Source: Clostridia bacterium
GTDB lineage: Bacteria; Bacillota; Clostridia; Oscillospirales; CAG-272
Reading direction: 5' to 3'
Length of the DNA stretch: 37,287 bases
NCBI GenBank assembly: GCA_017411785.1
Contig: JAFQPL010000018.1
Location: forward strand, 1-37,287
Positions 33,100-37,287 of this stretch are shown here, piece by piece. A program made the position numbers and the translations under genes. The notes beneath the pieces are model-generated. The model was not told the origin of the DNA, did no database searches, and saw only the letters and a program-made list of their open reading frames with translations. Numbering within the stretch: position 1 is the first letter of the stretch; the number at the start of each line of letters is the position of its first letter.

Positions 33100-35503
33100 A
33101 AAAAATAGTCTTGCGAAGGAATACCTTTCTTTAAAAAGACGTTTGTTTGATAAATATTACAGTTTTCTGAATGACGAGCAACGCGCCGCAGTATATACGA
33201 CAGAAGGCTCGGTTCTTATTCTCGCAGGGGCGGGAAGCGGAAAAACAACGGTGCTTGTAAACAGAATAGTGTTTATAGTAAAATACGGAAATGCTTATTT
33301 CAGTGAGTACGTTCCTTATGATTTGAGTGATACTGAAATCGAGCGCATGAGGGCTGCTTGCTCACTTGAGGGTGAGGCGCTTGCCGAGTTTCTTTTGCGT
33401 TTTTCATCTGCTCCGTGCGTTCCGTGGCAGATGCTTGCGTTTACTTTTACCAACAAGGCAGCGAGTGAAATAAAAAAACGTCTTGCGAGCGCGCTTGGCA
33501 GCGAGGACGCCGCAAAAAGTATATGGGCGGGTACATTCCATTCTATATGCGTAAGAATTTTGCGGTCTTACGGTTCATTGCTCGGATACCGTGATAATTT
33601 TACTATATACGATGCTGATGATTCTAAAAAGGCGATAGCGGCGGTTATGAAATCGCTTAATATCGATGAAAAGTTTCTACCTGTAAAAACCGTAGTTTCC
33701 GAGATAAGCAAGGCAAAGGACAAGCTTATAACCCCCGAGATTTATGAGAATGAGTTTGCTATTGATGATATACGAAAAAAGAAAATATCAAAAATATACG
33801 CAGAGTATCAAAGGTCGCTTATGCAATCAAACGCTCTTGACTTTGATGATATAATAATGCAAACGGTGTTATTGCTCCGACAGAACGAGGAAGTAAGAGA
33901 ATATTACCAAAACAAGTTCAGGTATGTTTCGGTCGACGAGTTTCAGGATACTAACCTTGCGCAATTTGAGCTTATAGCTCTGCTTTCGGGCGGACATAAG
34001 AATATAATGGTGGTAGGGGATGATAACCAGAGCATATATAAATTCCGCGGAGCTGTAGTGGAAAATATTCTTGGATTCGACAGAAGATTTAAAAATACCG
34101 CAGTAATAAAGCTTGAGCAGAATTACCGTTCTACAAGTATTATTCTTGATGCCGCGAATGCTCTTATATCTAACAATGTAAACCGAAAGGATAAAAATCT
34201 CTGGACAGACAGAAAGGGCGGAGAACGCATAACGCTGCGTACCTGTGACGATCAGAATTATGAGGCGAGATACATTGTAGGTAAAATTGAATCGCTTGTT
34301 TCCAAGGGTGACTATAAATATTCCGACGTAGCGGTCCTTTACCGCGCAAACGCACAGTCAAACGTAATAGAGCGTACCTTTGCCAAGAGCGGAATTCCTT
34401 ATAGGATGTACGGCGGATTGCGATTTAACGACCGAAAGGAGATTCGCGATATCGTAGCGTATCTTCAGTTTATAGTTAATCCGTCCGATACCGAAAGGAT
34501 GAAAAGAATAATTAACGAGCCAAGGCGAGGAATTGGGCTTAAAACGATAGAAGGAGTTTGCGCAATTGCCGCGGAAAACTCGATATCGGTCTTTGATGTC
34601 CTGAAGAATGCGGATTCTTACGTAGCTCTTTCGAGAAGCGCTGCAAAGCTTAAGGACTTTTATGATCTTATTGCTTATTTTCGTTCCTTGATTTACGAGG
34701 ATATGTCGGTCGAAAATTTTGTAAACGCCGTAATAGATAAGAGCGGATATCGCCAAATGCTTATCGACGGAGGCGAGGAAGAGAAGGAAAGGCTTGAAAA
34801 TATTGCCGAATTCGTCTCGGGCGTTTCGGAATATGAATCGGCAAACGATTCGCCCACACTTGTGGGATTTTTGGAGGAAAACGCTCTTGTAGCGGAAGTG
34901 GACAGATATGACGACAGCGCGGATGCGGTAGTGTTGATGACTATGCATTCAGCTAAAGGTCTTGAATTCCCGATAGTTTTTCTTCCCGGTATGGAGGAGG
35001 GTGTTTTCCCCGGTACGCAGGTAATATTTGGTTCTGATACGAGCGCGGAGCTTGAGGAGGAGCGACGTCTTGCTTACGTTGCTATTACGAGAGCTAAGGA
35101 CATGCTTTACATGATTCACACCCGTACAAGAATGCTTTACGGAAAAACAGGGGTGAACGAGCTTTCAAGATTTGTAAGAGAGTTGCCCGAGCATCTTATA
35201 TATAAGGATGCTCTCGAGTCCCCAAGAAGTAACGATATGTATTCTGCGTCAAGCTACGGAACAAAGGTCTATTTTTCCGAGCGCGAAACGAGCAAAACAA
35301 CAACATTAAAGCAACAAGGGGGACAGAGAGAAAGCGCGCAGGTGTTTTTTGCGGGGGACAGAGTAATTCACGCTACCTTTGGTAGCGGAGAGGTGCTTTC
35401 CGCAAGACCGATGGGGAATGACGTTCTTTATGAGGTCGTATTTGACCGTGTTGGCACAAAAAAGCTTATGGGAAATTATGCAAGGCTGAAAAAGCAAAAT
35501 TAA
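33092..35503 (+). CDS. pcrA: ATP-dependent DNA helicase PcrA/UvrD (SF1A)
   Basis: Motifs AGAGSGKTT, FTFTNKAA, GTFHS, VDEFQDTN, VGDDNQSIYKFRGA, LEQNYRS, LYRANAQS, MTMHSAKGLEF and ERRLAYVAITRA, plus a C-terminal Tudor-like GDRVIHATFGSGEV. The first 38 codons of the track ORF overlap the upstream gene; the start is re-called to the ATG at 33092. Confidence 0.92.
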   Translation: MNEKNSLAKEYLSLKRRLFDKYYSFLNDEQRAAVYTTEGSVLILAGAGSGKTTVLVNRIVFIVKYGNAYFSEYVPYDLSDTEIERMRAACSLEGEALAEFLLRFSSAPCVPWQMLAFTFTNKAASEIKKRLASALGSEDAAKSIWAGTFHSICVRILRSYGSLLGYRDNFTIYDADDSKKAIAAVMKSLNIDEKFLPVKTVVSEISKAKDKLITPEIYENEFAIDDIRKKKISKIYAEYQRSLMQSNALDFDDIIMQTVLLLRQNEEVREYYQNKFRYVSVDEFQDTNLAQFELIALLSGGHKNIMVVGDDNQSIYKFRGAVVENILGFDRRFKNTAVIKLEQNYRSTSIILDAANALISNNVNRKDKNLWTDRKGGERITLRTCDDQNYEARYIVGKIESLVSKGDYKYSDVAVLYRANAQSNVIERTFAKSGIPYRMYGGLRFNDRKEIRDIVAYLQFIVNPSDTERMKRIINEPRRGIGLKTIEGVCAIAAENSISVFDVLKNADSYVALSRSAAKLKDFYDLIAYFRSLIYEDMSVENFVNAVIDKSGYRQMLIDGGEEEKERLENIAEFVSGVSEYESANDSPTLVGFLEENALVAEVDRYDDSADAVVLMTMHSAKGLEFPIVFLPGMEEGVFPGTQVIFGSDTSAELEEERRLAYVAITRAKDMLYMIHTRTRMLYGKTGVNELSRFVRELPEHLIYKDALESPRSNDMYSASSYGTKVYFSERETSKTTTLKQQGGQRESAQVFFAGDRVIHATFGSGEVLSARPMGNDVLYEVVFDRVGTKKLMGNYARLKKQN

Positions 35504-35601
35504 TGTGATTTTGAATGGCTTTTGTGCTTTTGAAAATTTATGAGAACACTTGATAAATTTTTTGTTTTTTTTGCACCGCAGCGCTTTTTTTGAAAAATCT
35601 A

Positions 35602-35631
35602 TTGACAAATTAAGACTTTTTGGTGTATACT
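35602..35631 (+). promoter_or_regulatory. Candidate sigmaA promoter for the zinc-ribbon membrane protein gene
   Basis: TTGACA (35602-35607), an 18-nt spacer, then TATACT (35626-35631). An AAAGGAG SD follows at about 35657-35663 and the ATG at 35673. Confidence 0.4.
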
Positions 35632-35672
35632 TGACATACATAAAATTTATAGTACAAAGGAGAATAATTTTT

Positions 35673-37287
35673 ATGAATTGCCCAAAATGTTCTGCGTTCA
35701 TTGACGATGATATGCTTACTTGTCCGGAATGTGGCGAGCAGATTGCCGTTAATGCGCAAAAGAAAAAAATAAGCTCAGCTTATAATTCTGCAATAAATAC
35801 TATAAAAGGCAGAACCAAGGCAAGTTCCTTTTTGACCGCAACGATCTTTTTGACGATAATGCTTGTTTTACATATTATCGCTGTTTTTGGTACTATGGGT
35901 ATCGGATTACCGCTTTGGGTCGTTCCGATCGTATTCATAGCTATTTCCATGGCTACGGCGTATAAGCTTTATTCGGATAATGAAAAACCGAGCTACGGAA
36001 TTTTGATCAAGCGCTTTGCACGCTACGAGAAGTGTACTAAAATAATTTATCAGATACTTGCTATAGTGTTTATGGTAGTAGGTCCGATACTTGCGTGCTA
36101 TATGTTGTTTGATCCTTGGTTGAATGATAGTGCAGAGATCACCGGTTCTGCGGCTGAGGATCTTGTTGATTATATCTTCAGTGCGGGACGCTTTGATCCT
36201 ATGCCTGATCCGTCGATAGTGCCTGCGGAATATTATGGCATGAGTGCACAAATTCCTTTGGCAATTGCGATAGTCGCGATCGCGGCGGTTGCGGCAACTA
36301 CATTCTTGCTCTTCAAGGCTGTTTATGCTTCAAGGTATAAAACAATGATAAAACTCTCGAAAGCAGTGGAAACGGGAGAATACGTTCCGTCCAAGAAGTC
36401 TGTTTTCGTGCTCTCATATATTATGGCAGCGTTTACGATCTTCTTTGCAACTGTATGTATGATAGCTCCGACTATTATCTCGTTTGTTTTGCTTGATTTA
36501 GGTGTTTGGGAAGTTTTCATTATAACAGGTTCTATAACCGCGGGACTTTCCGGAATTATGACAGGTCTTTATGTTATTTTCTCTGCTAAATGGCTTCAGG
36601 GCACGCAGAGAAGACTCTTGGCAAACAACGCTGAGATTGCTGCAGAACTTGAAAAGCTTAGCAAATTGGATGATGCTATCAGAGATCAGAATTTCAAGAA
36701 GATAAAAGAAGAAAAGCTTGCATCTATTGCGGCAAAGGAAGCTCGCGAAGCCGAGCTGCTTGCTTGTGAGAAGAAATGCATTGAGCTTGAGCTTGAGGCA
36801 CGCGAGGAGATGCGAGCATACATAGCTGAGCTTCAAGCAGAGGCTAATAAGAATAATCAGGAATATCAGGAAACGCTTAAGTCTATTCAGGAGACTCAGC
36901 TGATACTTATGGCGCAAATGTTTGGGGAAGCGGATGACTTAGAAGAGGAAGAAGCTCCTGCAGAGGAAGAAGCTCTTGCAGAGGAAGAGGCTCCCGTAGA
37001 GGAAGAAGCTCCCGTAGAGGAAGAAGCTCCCGCAGAGGAAGAAGCTCCCGCTGAGGAAGAAGCTCCCGCTGAGGAAGAAGCTCCCGTAGAGGAGGAAGCT
37101 TCCGCAGAGGAAGAAGCTCCCGCCGAGGAAGAAGCTCCCGTAGAGGAAGACGCTCCCGCAGAGGAAGAAGTTCCCGTAGAGGAGGAAGCTCCCGCAGAGG
37201 AAGAAGCTCCCGCAGAGGAAGAAGCTCCCGTAGAGGAAGAAGCTCCCGCCGAGGAAGAAGCTCCCGCCGAGGAAGAAGCTCCCGCTG
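35673..37287 (+). CDS. Zinc-ribbon, multi-TM, coiled-coil protein with a C-terminal EEEAP(A/V) repeat tail (3' end outside the window)
   Basis: This ORF is not in the supplied track because it has no stop codon in the window. I read the frame (codon starts divisible by 3) by hand from the ATG at 35673 to 37286 and found no stop. The N-terminus is MNCPKCSAFIDDDMLTCPECG. It has about 6 hydrophobic helices, then a charged coiled coil (residues about 310-420) and then hexapeptide repeats. There is a good SD and promoter. The three antisense track ORFs here look spurious. Confidence 0.8.
   Translation, partial: MNCPKCSAFIDDDMLTCPECGEQIAVNAQKKKISSAYNSAINTIKGRTKASSFLTATIFLTIMLVLHIIAVFGTMGIGLPLWVVPIVFIAISMATAYKLYSDNEKPSYGILIKRFARYEKCTKIIYQILAIVFMVVGPILACYMLFDPWLNDSAEITGSAAEDLVDYIFSAGRFDPMPDPSIVPAEYYGMSAQIPLAIAIVAIAAVAATTFLLFKAVYASRYKTMIKLSKAVETGEYVPSKKSVFVLSYIMAAFTIFFATVCMIAPTIISFVLLDLGVWEVFIITGSITAGLSGIMTGLYVIFSAKWLQGTQRRLLANNAEIAAELEKLSKLDDAIRDQNFKKIKEEKLASIAAKEAREAELLACEKKCIELELEAREEMRAYIAELQAEANKNNQEYQETLKSIQETQLILMAQMFGEADDLEEEEAPAEEEALAEEEAPVEEEAPVEEEAPAEEEAPAEEEAPAEEEAPVEEEASAEEEAPAEEEAPVEEDAPAEEEVPVEEEAPAEEEAPAEEEAPVEEEAPAEEEAPAEEEAPA
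36945..37287 (+). repeat. Tandem 18-bp in-frame repeat, at least 19 copies (consensus GAGGAAGAAGCTCCCGCA)
   Basis: Head-to-tail units were counted directly from 36945. Most differ only at the last codon (GCA/GCT/GCC/GTA), with a few single substitutions (CTT, TCC, GAC, GTT). The array is truncated by the window end. Confidence 0.95.

Noticed and set aside
34358-34948. 196-aa minus-strand ORF inside pcrA
   Set aside because: It is a shadow frame of the helicase gene, which carries all SF1 motifs in the plus frame.
35907-36917. Three minus-strand track ORFs (35907-36251, 36323-36520, 36498-36917)
   Set aside because: They are antisense to a continuous plus-strand frame of more than 538 codons that has a promoter, an SD, a zinc ribbon and TM helices. 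The plus-strand gene explains the region better.
36945-37287. The regular 18-bp repeat array as a possible CRISPR or other non-coding array
   Set aside because: The units are contiguous with no spacers. The period is a multiple of three, in frame with the upstream ORF, and variation follows codon third positions. It is a coding tandem repeat, not CRISPR.
1-37287. Search for a defence island, mobile element, prophage, tRNA/rRNA or toxin-antitoxin pair
   Set aside because: I saw no integrase, transposase or recombinase motifs. There are no terminal inverted or direct repeats bounding a segment, no compositional break visible by eye, no cloverleaf-like tRNA sequence and no small paired ORFs typical of TA modules. 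The CPBP ('Abi'-named) proteases look like ordinary housekeeping or immunity-type membrane proteases embedded in core operons.

Overview
The window looks like core chromosome of a moderate-GC, spore-forming Firmicute, probably Clostridia, since SpoIIR, a DivIC/FtsB-type protein and a small M50 protease are present. Taxonomy is inferred from gene content only. About 33 protein-coding genes lie in five alternating strand blocks.

Gene content by block:
- 50-12382 (+): a divIC-like gene, a complete glgB-glgC-glgD-glgA-glgP glycogen operon, a GH13 hydrolase, a small unknown ORF, a CPBP protease and tadA.
- 12491-19357 (-): a stand-alone DUF815 ATPase, a potA-potB-potC::potD polyamine ABC importer, a mini M50 protease and a membrane protein.
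- 19501-21210 (+): a DUF1836 protein and a LytTR/DUF3021 pair.
- 21221-25350 (-): a hisS / DJ-1 / 5-formyl-THF cyclo-ligase / CPBP operon followed by spoIIR.
- 25582-end (+): a MATE exporter, an ABC ATPase with a fused ABC-2 permease::GldG-like protein, an HD hydrolase, deoB, cdd, a membrane protein, pcrA, and a zinc-ribbon membrane protein.

That last ORF is absent from the supplied track because it runs off the window. It ends in at least 19 in-frame copies of an 18-bp repeat.

I found no tRNA or rRNA, CRISPR array, transposase or integrase, prophage remnant or recognisable defence system. I cannot honestly point to a convincing novel multi-gene system.

Observations most worth a second look:
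1. An intact, full-length glgB homologue in which every canonical GH13 catalytic residue is substituted, so it is a predicted pseudo-enzyme at the head of the glycogen operon.
2. The untracked zinc-ribbon/repeat ORF.
3. Two permease::extracytoplasmic-domain fusions (PotC::PotD and ABC-2::GldG), the second paired with an ATPase that has a degenerate signature and H-loop.
4. Terminator-like hairpins that bury the only Shine-Dalgarno (SD) sequence immediately ahead of spoIIR and of the M50 gene.
5. A strongly SD-primed uORF overlapping the deoB start codon (ATGA).

Several track ORFs have over-extended N-termini, often beginning at TTG inside the real SD. I have re-called those starts. All calls come from reading the sequence and remembering family motifs; no searches or folding programs were run.
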